Origin: a virus
Lineage: Duplodnaviria > Caudoviricetes
Reading direction: 5' to 3' (one strand)
DNA length: 24,005 nucleotides
Virus record (IMG/VR): IMGVR_UViG_3300016474_000160
Location: 1 to 24,005 of that record
The notes under the pieces are model-generated. The model searched no databases. It was not told the DNA's origin and saw nothing but the letters and a program-made list of their open reading frames with translations. Position 1 is the first letter of the stretch; every line of letters starts with the position of its first letter. Made by a program: the position numbers and the translations under genes. Below, piece by piece: positions 16,275 to 23,762 of this stretch.

Positions 16275-18212
16275 TCAGCTTGCCTTGTCAACAAGGGTGA
16301 TGTATTCCTGCCGAAACTTTGGCCGGTCGGAAGATGAAGTATAAGGACGGATGTGCTGATACAGGGGGTATTCATCTTTCAGAATACGTTCCTGTTCTGC
16401 CAGACAAGCCTTGGTCACATCCTCTTGAGTGTTCTTAAAGGGAACACCGATAGTCTGCAAGAAGTTACGAACACCATTGGCACTGATTTCAGCTTTAAGC
16501 TTAGGGTTGGTATACACCGATTCTTTGGCGCTTGCAAGGGTCTTAAACTTCGTGAGGGCTTTCCCGGTCATTCCCGCAAGCTCATAGTCGAAACCATAGG
16601 GTGCATACGTCTCAGCCACAACAAGAAGGTCTTTGAGGTGATCCTTAGCCCAAACTCGTGCATAATCCAACAGGTTAATCCAGAGGTCAGAATCTTCAAA
16701 CTTCTGGGTAAGTCCTTTAGGGACACGGACGATCTGGGGGGTATCACTATCTTTCAAGAGGACTTCTGCCAGTGCCTTGAAGTTATAAGAGCATTCCCCA
16801 CCAACCATAGGAACAAACAAGCCACCGTCTTCAAAGGTGATGGTGATTGGATTATACGACAAGTCTCGGACTTGAAGCTGCCCCTTGGGTTTACGGACAC
16901 TTGCAGGTGGATTAACCGTTGCAAGATCAACAAAGAGGTTCTTGGGGAAAAAGGCTTTAGCAGCATCCAAATCACGAGATTCTTGATCCGAATACGGGAT
17001 AAAGATCAGCCGATTACCAATCTTCCTTGCTTCTTTGATACGGTCCCGAACACGAGTGAGTCGATTCTTGCCATCCTCCTTATAGAAGAAAATCTTGCTC
17101 ACATCGTAGTAGTTCAGGTCAACCGTCTTGCTGCTCGACCAAGTGAGGGTCACACCTACTGTGGGAAACACAAACTCTTTTTGGACAGGCTTCCCTTTGT
17201 AGGTGATCAGTTTGAGGGGGGCAAGACCACGGAAGTCAGCAGACCCCTTGATTGCAATCTTGGTTGCCTCATACGGCGATTCTGCTGCGTCTACAGAAGC
17301 TTGAAGGTCTGCCACGAAGTTCTGTTGCAGGGATTCGATAGCAGCTTCCAGAGTGGCTTTGGTAGGCTCTGTGGGACCATACGAAAGGTCTTCACGCGAA
17401 GGGGTAACTTCAAGTTTGCCAATATCCACTGACAGGATAATGCTCCGCCCCTCAAGCACATTCCCATTGCTCAGTAGGCTGGTCTTGATCGGGTAGAGAA
17501 CACAACCCATGCGAACCAACGGACCAAAAATGGCATGGTTGCGCTCATAGATTTCATACCCATCGCCCTTGCTCAGAATGTTGAGTCCCGCCCAACCGAA
17601 GTCAGGTTGACCAACAACAATGGGGGTGACTTTGAACCCAAGGGCAACCCGACGTGCGGCCCTCTTGAAAGAATCAAGATCACTGACATTTACAGGAAAG
17701 CTGATGCAGACACCAGAGGGTTGATCCGATGGGACAGGCTCCATCAGTGTTTGAACAACAGGGCGACCAGACGGGAGAGTCACCACATTGTATACACCCA
17801 TCATGCCCTTGTGGTAGCTGGTGACAGTGTAGGTGCTAGTATACGACAGGGGAGCCAGACGACCAATGCCCCACTTGCCAACAGCCTCGTTGGTATTCTC
17901 TTTGGTAGAGAAACCAAGGACCGTGTATTTGTTCAGCATGAAATCATGGCTGAGGCCATTCCCGAAGTCCCGACACATGAACTCTTGACGGAACACCGAG
18001 GGGAAAACAACCTCAAAGGGTTTGTCAGCAATGCCAGCCTCTTTGTGGGCATCAAAGGCATTCGACCAAATCTCACGGGTGATGGATTCGGGTTTGTTGG
18101 AGTAGAGGTTGCTGGTCAAGATACGGAAGACTTTACCAGAAGAATCAATCGAAGCTTCCACTTGATCGACGTTGGAAATGAGGTCTTCCGAATAAGAATG
18201 TTGGACTTTCAC
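16275..18212 (-). CDS. rIIA: rIIA-like protein with N-terminal GHKL ATPase domain
   Basis: LYSNK..REIWSNAFDAH, RDFGNGLS, STK...GKWGIG, TPSREDLSY; GTG start with CAGGAG RBS. Confidence 0.88.
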   Translation of the reverse strand: MKVQHSYSEDLISNVDQVEASIDSSGKVFRILTSNLYSNKPESITREIWSNAFDAHKEAGIADKPFEVVFPSVFRQEFMCRDFGNGLSHDFMLNKYTVLGFSTKENTNEAVGKWGIGRLAPLSYTSTYTVTSYHKGMMGVYNVVTLPSGRPVVQTLMEPVPSDQPSGVCISFPVNVSDLDSFKRAARRVALGFKVTPIVVGQPDFGWAGLNILSKGDGYEIYERNHAIFGPLVRMGCVLYPIKTSLLSNGNVLEGRSIILSVDIGKLEVTPSREDLSYGPTEPTKATLEAAIESLQQNFVADLQASVDAAESPYEATKIAIKGSADFRGLAPLKLITYKGKPVQKEFVFPTVGVTLTWSSSKTVDLNYYDVSKIFFYKEDGKNRLTRVRDRIKEARKIGNRLIFIPYSDQESRDLDAAKAFFPKNLFVDLATVNPPASVRKPKGQLQVRDLSYNPITITFEDGGLFVPMVGGECSYNFKALAEVLLKDSDTPQIVRVPKGLTQKFEDSDLWINLLDYARVWAKDHLKDLLVVAETYAPYGFDYELAGMTGKALTKFKTLASAKESVYTNPKLKAEISANGVRNFLQTIGVPFKNTQEDVTKACLAEQERILKDEYPLYQHIRPYTSSSDRPKFRQEYITLVDKAS

Positions 18213-18260
18213 TTGATTCTCCTGATTCTCTGTGCTTACTCGTAGTTTATATAGTAATCT

Positions 18261-18533
18261 TTACGAGATTTCAACAACTTTGTCAGCATAGAAGCTTTTC
18301 CACTTCTTTTCAGCGACAGAGTAGATGGGGATTTGACCACGGGATTTCATAGCTTCTCCTTGCAGAACCCCACGTTCCGAACCAACGATGTGGCTGATGG
18401 GGGCAAAGCAACCATTGATCTTGCGAAGCGAACCATCTTGCTTCACAAAAGTGATGGTTGCCATCTGACCCTTGATCTTGCGACCCTCGACGAAAGCTTC
18501 GACGACAGTCTTTTTGATGAATTGTGTAGACAT
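18261..18533 (-). CDS. SH3/WYL-like beta-barrel phage protein
   Basis: ITFVKQDGSLR...WKSFYADKV pattern; AAAGGA RBS. Confidence 0.65.
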   Translation of the reverse strand: MSTQFIKKTVVEAFVEGRKIKGQMATITFVKQDGSLRKINGCFAPISHIVGSERGVLQGEAMKSRGQIPIYSVAEKKWKSFYADKVVEIS

Positions 18534-18556
18534 TTGTGCTTCCTTTCGTTTCGTAG

Positions 18557-18630
18557 GATTCTTATAGCTGATTCGTCAGTGTTTGTCAACGATTCTTTGG
18601 CGGTTCTGGTAGCGGCATCCAGTGGGTTGG
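18557..18630 (-). repeat. 74-bp direct repeat, copy 1 (contains early promoter TTGACA-N17-TATAAG)
   Basis: Matches 19895-19968; the first 33 bp are identical. Confidence 0.92.
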
Positions 18631-18761
18631 GTGTAGTGCAAGGCTACCCCAAGGTCATATATTCCGCGAATAACTCCGTCTGTGGAGTTCCAGTAACTGT
18701 CGTGGACAATCTTCGCCGCCTCGATCAACTTCTCTAGTGCTTTGATATGTTCGTGTGTCAC
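18576..18761 (-). CDS. Hypothetical protein with a chimeric 3' end
   Basis: GTG start after AAAGGA; the C-terminus reads the 74-bp repeat in a different frame from the DUF551-like gene. Confidence 0.55.
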   Translation of the reverse strand: MTHEHIKALEKLIEAAKIVHDSYWNSTDGVIRGIYDLGVALHYTQPTGCRYQNRQRIVDKH

Positions 18762-18765
18762 TTTG

Positions 18766-18954
18766 TCATCCTTTGTGAATTGCTATCATAACGATAGGTG
18801 GAACAAACACGACAGACCACACAACAGTATTTATTAGGTAGTCAATACGGGTGCTTCTTGGCCACTTTAGGGGATTTACTTCAAGCCTTGTGCAAGCCAC
18901 AAATGCGTAAATTGTGACAAGACCCGCCACAAGAGACGTGATAAGGTAGGTCAT
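18766..18954 (-). CDS. Small two-TM membrane protein
   Basis: Two hydrophobic segments; ATGA overlap with GAGGA upstream. Confidence 0.65.
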   Translation of the reverse strand: MTYLITSLVAGLVTIYAFVACTRLEVNPLKWPRSTRIDYLINTVVWSVVFVPPIVMIAIHKG

Positions 18955-19271
18955 TCCTCGATCACCTCTCGGACGTGGATGCAGCGGATGCGGTCCTTGG
19001 TGGCGCTTTCATCTGCATCTTCTTTGCTTTCATACACGTTGCCGACACCCCATGCGTAATCGTTGATCCAAAACTCACGCGGTTCAATGTGAGGCTTTGT
19101 TACGCGGAATACTCGGATGCGTGTGCTTTCTTTGCCCCAGAACCAATGTTTTGCAAGTGTATCAGTTGCGATTGGGGCATCAATCAAACACACATCAACC
19201 AACGTCATAGGATGCACCGGGCATTCCCCGCCGTTCCAGTCGTGCCAGTTTCCGTCGTTGTAGTCGGTCAT
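18951..19271 (-). CDS. Hypothetical protein (WNGGECPV motif)
   Basis: GGAG RBS before the ATG at 19271. Confidence 0.75.
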   Translation of the reverse strand: MTDYNDGNWHDWNGGECPVHPMTLVDVCLIDAPIATDTLAKHWFWGKESTRIRVFRVTKPHIEPREFWINDYAWGVGNVYESKEDADESATKDRIRCIHVREVIEE

Positions 19272-19275
19272 TTTA

Positions 19276-19638
19276 TCACTCCACGTTAGGGATGGTAAGA
19301 TTATATGCAATGGCTACACACTTCATATTCTTTTTGAAGTCTCTGATGAAATCGGTGTCCATTGCTTCGTCGTGCGCCCTTTGGATTGCGCCTGCAAGAC
19401 TGATATTGTCCACAATGAACTTTGGCACAGGATAACGTTTAGTAGACTTAATTTTAGTAATTTCGTTATTCTTGCGTCTATCCCAAGCTTTTGCAATATC
19501 ATCATGGATAAGGAAGCCGATACCACATTTCGTATCGTTCACACCACGATACAGGCAGCTACCCAAAACATCAGTGGATTTGCAACCTTGCTTTACTACA
19601 CCAATGTAGGCTTTGTCAAACATTTCCTGCGGCGTCAT
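19276..19638 (-). CDS. Hypothetical protein
   Basis: CLYRG...KCGIG...IQRAHD pattern typical of phage early proteins; fits the operon. Confidence 0.75.
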   Translation of the reverse strand: MTPQEMFDKAYIGVVKQGCKSTDVLGSCLYRGVNDTKCGIGFLIHDDIAKAWDRRKNNEITKIKSTKRYPVPKFIVDNISLAGAIQRAHDEAMDTDFIRDFKKNMKCVAIAYNLTIPNVE

Positions 19639-19662
19639 TTTACGTTACTCGCTTCAATCATA

Positions 19663-19878
19663 TCATTTCTCCTTTGCTGCAATCATGGCGTCTGCAAATG
19701 TGTAGCTAATGCCTGCAATAACCTCTGGAAAATTGTCAGGCGTTGGTCCTTCCCATTTTTGAATAGTTGCAGCCAGCGCTTGACTAGCAAACCAATCTCG
19801 CAATGTCATGCCTCGGCCATATGCTGCATTACCTGCCGTGATTGGAAACGCAGGCCCACCATTATTGTAGTCAGTCAT
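19663..19878 (-). CDS. Hypothetical phage protein (GGPAFP...GMTLRDWFA)
   Basis: Motif recognised from a widespread phage family; GGAG RBS before the ATG at 19878. Confidence 0.8.
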   Translation of the reverse strand: MTDYNNGGPAFPITAGNAAYGRGMTLRDWFASQALAATIQKWEGPTPDNFPEVIAGISYTFADAMIAAKEK

Positions 19879-19894
19879 ATGTGTTCTCCACAAA

Positions 19895-19968
19895 GATTCT
19901 TATAGCTGATTCGTCAGTGTTTGTCAAGTGGTCTTTGGTGGTTCAGGTAGCGGCATCCAGTGGGTTGG
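19895..19968 (-). repeat. 74-bp direct repeat, copy 2 (contains early promoter TTGACA-N17-TATAAG)
   Basis: Matches 18557-18630. Confidence 0.92.
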
Positions 19969-20244
19969 ATACGCAACGTCACCGTTGTCTGAGTAATACA
20001 TACCATTTACTGCCTTCCACCCGGAGAACACTGCCCCTTTATCATGCCGAGTGTTACCATAGAACAGCAAATGGTCGCTAGGCGCAGTTTCAATCGGTTG
20101 CCATTGCGGCACTAGATCGGCACGGATGTATTCCATATCACCGTGCGCCCCACTGTCATGATCCTTCCACTTACCCCGATTCCAAACTTTACTTACAGGG
20201 CAGCGTTCTGTTGGATGTATAAAAATACGATCCGGCCCACTCAT
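19924..20244 (-). CDS. DUF551-like protein
   Basis: WQPIETAP...PTHWMPLPEPP. Confidence 0.8.
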   Translation of the reverse strand: MSGPDRIFIHPTERCPVSKVWNRGKWKDHDSGAHGDMEYIRADLVPQWQPIETAPSDHLLFYGNTRHDKGAVFSGWKAVNGMYYSDNGDVAYPTHWMPLPEPPKTT

Positions 20245-20247
20245 GCC

Positions 20248-20406
20248 TTACCCTCCATGAAAATCTGAATCTTTGGCCTTCAAGTCAGGTGGGATTTCCC
20301 CTCGCATCAGCCTGTTCTCAGCAAGACAACAAGAATTAGTACCACTCTTTTTATACCAAATCCAAGCAGCCCTGTAAACCTCTTGAAGTGTGTAGAAACG
20401 GGTCAT
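20248..20406 (-). CDS. Hypothetical protein
   Basis: ATGA overlap, GGAG RBS. Confidence 0.6.
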   Translation of the reverse strand: MTRFYTLQEVYRAAWIWYKKSGTNSCCLAENRLMRGEIPPDLKAKDSDFHGG

Positions 20407-20603
20407 ACATATTCTCCGGGGAAGATAGTCCACCCATCCAGACATTCATCAAACACTTCGTCCCCTGTTGGGTCAAAAATCACTGTAAGGATGTGTCCCC
20501 GTGGAAACTCCGTTGGCCACACCTTTGTGACAACACCAGATTGACCAAAGGGGATTGACGAGTCCACACCAACAAATTTGATCCGATCACCAACCTTAAT
20601 CAT
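20403..20603 (-). CDS. Hypothetical SH3/KOW-like protein
   Basis: MIKVGDRIKF...GQSGVVTKV; GGAGG RBS; TGATG overlap. Confidence 0.65.
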   Translation of the reverse strand: MIKVGDRIKFVGVDSSIPFGQSGVVTKVWPTEFPRGHILTVIFDPTGDEVFDECLDGWTIFPGEYV

Positions 20604-20797
20604 CACACGAACCTCCAACGAATAATGTCAAAAGAGTCACCATCAAGTGTCCATAGGGCAGGGTCATCATTCCTGATGCTTGGGAACTCAACACGCCAAA
20701 TCATTGGCCCAAATTCACGCAGGAACACCTCGATATTGGTATCTGCGGTAACGCCATCCGGCACAGTGCCAGTATTCTCAATCCATTCGTTATTCAT
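20603..20797 (-). CDS. Hypothetical protein
   Basis: AGGGAG RBS before the ATG at 20797 (MNNEWIENTG). Confidence 0.7.
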   Translation of the reverse strand: MNNEWIENTGTVPDGVTADTNIEVFLREFGPMIWRVEFPSIRNDDPALWTLDGDSFDIIRWRFV

Positions 20798-20963
20798 TGG
20801 GTTCTCCCTTACATTCTTCTGTTGGGGTTGGTTGGGGTATATTGAAATTATTGCACAACCTCTCGATTTCGCTTTTTTCATAGCACACTTTTCGATATAG
20901 GATTGTAAGCTCCTCATAAGTTTTTACGTCAAGACACAGATCAAAAATGAATGGCAAGTTCAC
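20790..20963 (-). CDS. Hypothetical protein (57 aa, below the ORF-track cutoff)
   Basis: GTG start overlapping the upstream TGA, AGGGAG RBS; MNLPFIFDLCLDVKTYEEL... Confidence 0.55.
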   Translation of the reverse strand: MNLPFIFDLCLDVKTYEELTILYRKVCYEKSEIERLCNNFNIPQPTPTEECKGEPNE

Positions 20964-21130
20964 TTGGATTCTCCCTTAAGAAGCTCATCAATCGCTACAC
21001 GGATAAGCTTTTTGTTTCGTTGGACCTCGACTGCAACTTCGTAGGTCTTAGACTTTTCTAGAACCTTCTTGGACTGGTCGTAGGTTTTCTTGGCAGCGAA
21101 GATTTTATCGCAGTCGAGGATTTGGTTCAT
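20960..21130 (-). CDS. Hypothetical protein (56 aa, below the ORF-track cutoff)
   Basis: MNQILDCDKIFAAKK...LLKGESK; AAAGGA RBS directly after a promoter. Confidence 0.7.
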   Translation of the reverse strand: MNQILDCDKIFAAKKTYDQSKKVLEKSKTYEVAVEVQRNKKLIRVAIDELLKGESK

Positions 21131-21152
21131 CGTGTTTCCTTTCTATTGTTCT

Positions 21153-21181
21153 CTTATACCCGAATCACATGCAGATGTCAA
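21153..21181 (-). promoter_or_regulatory. Sigma70-type early promoter with GANTC in the spacer (inverted orientation)
   Basis: TTGACA-N17-TATAAG; GANTC at 21162-21166. Confidence 0.8.
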
Positions 21182-21183
21182 CC

Positions 21184-21687
21184 TTAAAGTTTCTCCATCT
21201 TGATGCTGGTGCAATCAGGTTTACCGTCGATTAGGTTGAAGGTGATACGATGGCCTCGCATAGCTTCGATCAATCGCCCATACGCGCAATCATTGCTATA
21301 CAAATTCACAGTCTCAACTTTGGGTTTAGGCTTGATGCGGTAGGCGTAGTTGTGCATCCACTCTGGGTAATGATCTTCCCTCCACTCGCCACACTCAAAT
21401 GGCCCTCTGTTTACCTCAATCTGCTTCCCCTCATAGTGCGCCAGTAGAAGTGCGCCCTTTTCTTCCGGCGTCATGTCGCGCCAGAGTTTCGGAGGTTCTT
21501 CGGCGCGGGAGACGATGCGGAAATATTTTGAACAATCCCAATTGTATTCGTAGTCAACAGTATTGCCATTGCTAATTGTAAGGCGCTTGCCATCCAACAC
21601 AGTGTGACGATTTCCAGTAGGGATATACTCCACAACATCCCCCGGCTTCACGTTCAGTTCTTTCAGCGTTCCAACTTCTTTAGTCAT
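21184..21687 (-). CDS. Hypothetical multi-module protein
   Basis: N-terminal TLKELNVKPGDVV module followed by an EEK...YEGK...YRIKP module. Confidence 0.8.
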   Translation of the reverse strand: MTKEVGTLKELNVKPGDVVEYIPTGNRHTVLDGKRLTISNGNTVDYEYNWDCSKYFRIVSRAEEPPKLWRDMTPEEKGALLLAHYEGKQIEVNRGPFECGEWREDHYPEWMHNYAYRIKPKPKVETVNLYSNDCAYGRLIEAMRGHRITFNLIDGKPDCTSIKMEKL

Positions 21688-21928
21688 GCCATTCTCCTTT
21701 TTCCATTGCGGCCTCTACGGCCTTTTCCTCGATCAAATCTCGCACATCTTTTGACAGACCATCAAGCGAAATATTCACGTCGTCAAACGCAACGGAACTC
21801 ACGTCCATCGTGTCAGGATTAGGTTCATACCAGACAGGTGAACCTTTGACGCCGTAGTCATTGCGCTCAAACTCGCAATCAACACGAGCAGTAACTTCAA
21901 TGGTGAATACTACATACTGTGTGGGCAT
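21680..21928 (-). CDS. Hypothetical protein
   Basis: AAGGAG RBS before the ATG at 21928. Confidence 0.7.
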   Translation of the reverse strand: MPTQYVVFTIEVTARVDCEFERNDYGVKGSPVWYEPNPDTMDVSSVAFDDVNISLDGLSKDVRDLIEEKAVEAAMEKGEWHD

Positions 21929-21929
21929 C

Positions 21930-22319
21930 TTATACTCCTTCCGGGCGTTTGATGAGGCTTTGATCCCAAGGCTTATTGCCGGGTTTGTGGATGATGTGAT
22001 TGCAGCATCTTGTGGGGTAACCATACCACAATTGGTCCCCACCGTGGGTGGAAGGCTCTGATGCATAGATCCACACAGCACCATCAGCATCCCGTGCAGC
22101 CCACTGATACTCCGGCGAAATCACATGCCACGGCAGTTCAATGTCAGTTTCAGGTTCTGGTGCGATGCGGTAGGTGAAGCTATCACGAAAAGCCTTTGAG
22201 ATTTTATCTGCCCATCCAACCGTGTCGCCTGCCCAGCATTGCACTGGTTTTCCCTCATACATAGCCCGATGAAGTTCCAGCTTTTCTTCAATGCTCAGTT
22301 CGCCAAAAGGCTTGTTCAT
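21930..22319 (-). CDS. Hypothetical multi-module protein
   Basis: EEK...YEGK...YRIAP module followed by a WAARDADG module; AAGGA RBS. Confidence 0.8.
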   Translation of the reverse strand: MNKPFGELSIEEKLELHRAMYEGKPVQCWAGDTVGWADKISKAFRDSFTYRIAPEPETDIELPWHVISPEYQWAARDADGAVWIYASEPSTHGGDQLWYGYPTRCCNHIIHKPGNKPWDQSLIKRPEGV

Positions 22320-22322
22320 CTC

Positions 22323-22375
22323 GTGTTTCCTTCTGTTTCTATGATTCTTATATGTGATTCTCAGGCGTTTGTCAA
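22323..22375 (-). promoter_or_regulatory. Early promoter plus RBS cassette (direct repeat with 22556-22606)
   Basis: TTGACA-N17-TATAAG; GANTC at 22356-22360; AGAAGGAAACAC leader. Confidence 0.85.
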
Positions 22376-22552
22376 AGCTTGTTTTTGTTTCTCAACAACC
22401 TTAACTTGCTCATAATAAGCGTTCCAAGCTGCACTACGAAGCTCATGCATGTGTTTATACCACATATCTGCAACAACACCCTCTGCCCTAAGTTCACCGA
22501 ACTGGTTGATGATCTTTTCGATAGCTGCTAGGACTTTTTCTTGGTTGGTCAT
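22361..22552 (-). CDS. Hypothetical protein
   Basis: Single ORF between two promoter repeats; its stop lies inside the downstream promoter. Confidence 0.75.
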   Translation of the reverse strand: MTNQEKVLAAIEKIINQFGELRAEGVVADMWYKHMHELRSAAWNAYYEQVKVVEKQKQALTNA

Positions 22553-22555
22553 TCT

Positions 22556-22606
22556 GTGTTTCCTTCTGTTCCTATGATTCTTATGCGATTCTCAGGCGTT
22601 TGTCAA
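22556..22606 (-). promoter_or_regulatory. Early promoter plus RBS cassette (direct repeat with 22323-22375)
   Basis: TTGACA-N17-TAAGAA; GANTC at 22587-22591; 2-nt deletion relative to the other copy. Confidence 0.8.
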
Positions 22607-22620
22607 CCTAAGATTCAGAG

Positions 22621-22791
22621 TCAAAACGGAGGTTCTTGCCCTTGATATGCAGGTTTCCAAGCGGGTTCGTAGATGACCCTATGGGTTTGAGTCTTTGGTT
22701 TTGCTGCTTTTATGGCTCCAACAAAGTCCAAAAACAGCTCTAGTGCGTAGGGGATTTCCTCTTTATTTTCAGGTAGATACATACGATTCAT
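22621..22791 (-). CDS. Hypothetical protein
   Basis: ATGA overlap with the MTase-like gene stop; AAGGGG upstream. Confidence 0.55.
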   Translation of the reverse strand: MNRMYLPENKEEIPYALELFLDFVGAIKAAKPKTQTHRVIYEPAWKPAYQGQEPPF

Positions 22792-23468
22792 TGCCCCTTG
22801 TTTTGTCGAGGATTCAGCATTAGCCAATTTCCCCACTGCTCACCCATAGCTTCGGCAACACCCTTATAGGTTTTGCTTCTGTCCAACCAACGGTCTTCGC
22901 TTGGTGTCAGTTTGTTTTGTCCTGAGTCGGTTTGGTTAGCCCAACGCTCAACCTTCTTACCACACCATTCAACGATTCGTCCATCTTTTCTTACAGTGTT
23001 CACAAGGTCAGGAACACAAGAGTCTTTCCAGAAACCCGTTAGCTTGCTTGCATCATCCCCAAAATTGTAGGGCTGAATTGTTTGGTCAGGCTTTCGAATA
23101 GCCTTGGACAAGAAGCTTCTGGCAGGGTTCTCAATGGCTTTGGGGTAGGGTAGTGCCAACAACCTCTTGAAGTTTTCAATCTCTGCATCCCTCGCAACCC
23201 TTCTGGGTTCACCTACAAGAGTATCGGGTTTTACCTTCTGGTGGTAAGGGCCATCGGTAAATGCCCAAGCTGCCGAACAGGTGAGGTATTTGCACATGGG
23301 GTGGAGTATTGCAAAATCCCAATCTTGCCCTAGATAGGACCAAACATCACCCTGCAAATGAAACTCATGGTCTGCTGGCAACAGGTCACAGGTGTAGGCT
23401 TCAATACCCTTTGCCCGCATAATGTTCAGCGTCACCACATCCCTCGAATAGCCAATCAGGACACGCAT
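22788..23468 (-). CDS. DNA cytosine-C5 methyltransferase-like phage protein
   Basis: MRVLIG...CDLLP...LQGDV...WDFAILHPMCKYL...AIENP...IQPYNFG...RSKTY. GGAG RBS before the ATG at 23468; the upstream extension in the ORF track runs through repeats. Confidence 0.7.
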   Translation of the reverse strand: MRVLIGYSRDVVTLNIMRAKGIEAYTCDLLPADHEFHLQGDVWSYLGQDWDFAILHPMCKYLTCSAAWAFTDGPYHQKVKPDTLVGEPRRVARDAEIENFKRLLALPYPKAIENPARSFLSKAIRKPDQTIQPYNFGDDASKLTGFWKDSCVPDLVNTVRKDGRIVEWCGKKVERWANQTDSGQNKLTPSEDRWLDRSKTYKGVAEAMGEQWGNWLMLNPRQNKGQ

Positions 23469-23496
23469 CCGAATCTCCATTTTGTTCATGGTCTGC

Positions 23497-23525
23497 ACTA
23501 TACTCGAACCTTTGTGTCTTGTCAA
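23497..23525 (-). promoter_or_regulatory. Sigma70-type promoter
   Basis: TTGACA-N17-TATAGT, upstream of the MTase-like gene. Confidence 0.8.
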
Positions 23526-23680
23526 AGATTCTTGAACAATTTCCACTGTGGGGTAGAACTTAAGTTTTCCAAGATTCTTGAACAATTTCCACTGTGGGGT
23601 GGACCTTAAGTTTCCCAAGAATCTTGAACAATTTCCACTGTGGGGGTCTTTTGTGATTCCGAACAATTTCCACTGTGGGG
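23525..23680. repeat. Tandem 46-bp repeats with a 20-bp core present four times
   Basis: GAACAATTTCCACTGTGGGG at 23534, 23580, 23626 and 23661. Confidence 0.95.
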
Positions 23681-23691
23681 GGGTATACGTC

Positions 23692-23762
23692 TGAATATCT
23701 ACATATGTGAATATCTACATATGTGAATATCTACATATGTGAATATCTACATATGTGAATAT
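23692..23762. repeat. Tandem 16-bp repeat, about 4.4 copies
   Basis: TGAATATCTACATATG x4 plus TGAATAT. Confidence 0.97.

Noticed and set aside
14117-18245. Long plus-strand ORFs (14117-15055, 15572-16234, 16353-17432, 17535-18245) and the other plus-strand ORFs
   Set aside because: They are antisense shadows of well-supported minus-strand genes, with no recognisable motifs or promoters.
15440-21687. Diversity-generating retroelement behind the repeated protein modules
   Set aside because: There is no reverse transcriptase in the window, and differences between copies are not adenine-specific.
23469-23666. N-terminal extension of the MTase-like ORF
   Set aside because: It runs through the promoter and tandem repeats; the recognisable domain and RBS start at 23468.
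23525-23680. Possible CRISPR mini-array
   Set aside because: The intervening segments are short, and the first two are nearly identical to each other rather than unique spacers. No cas genes are present.
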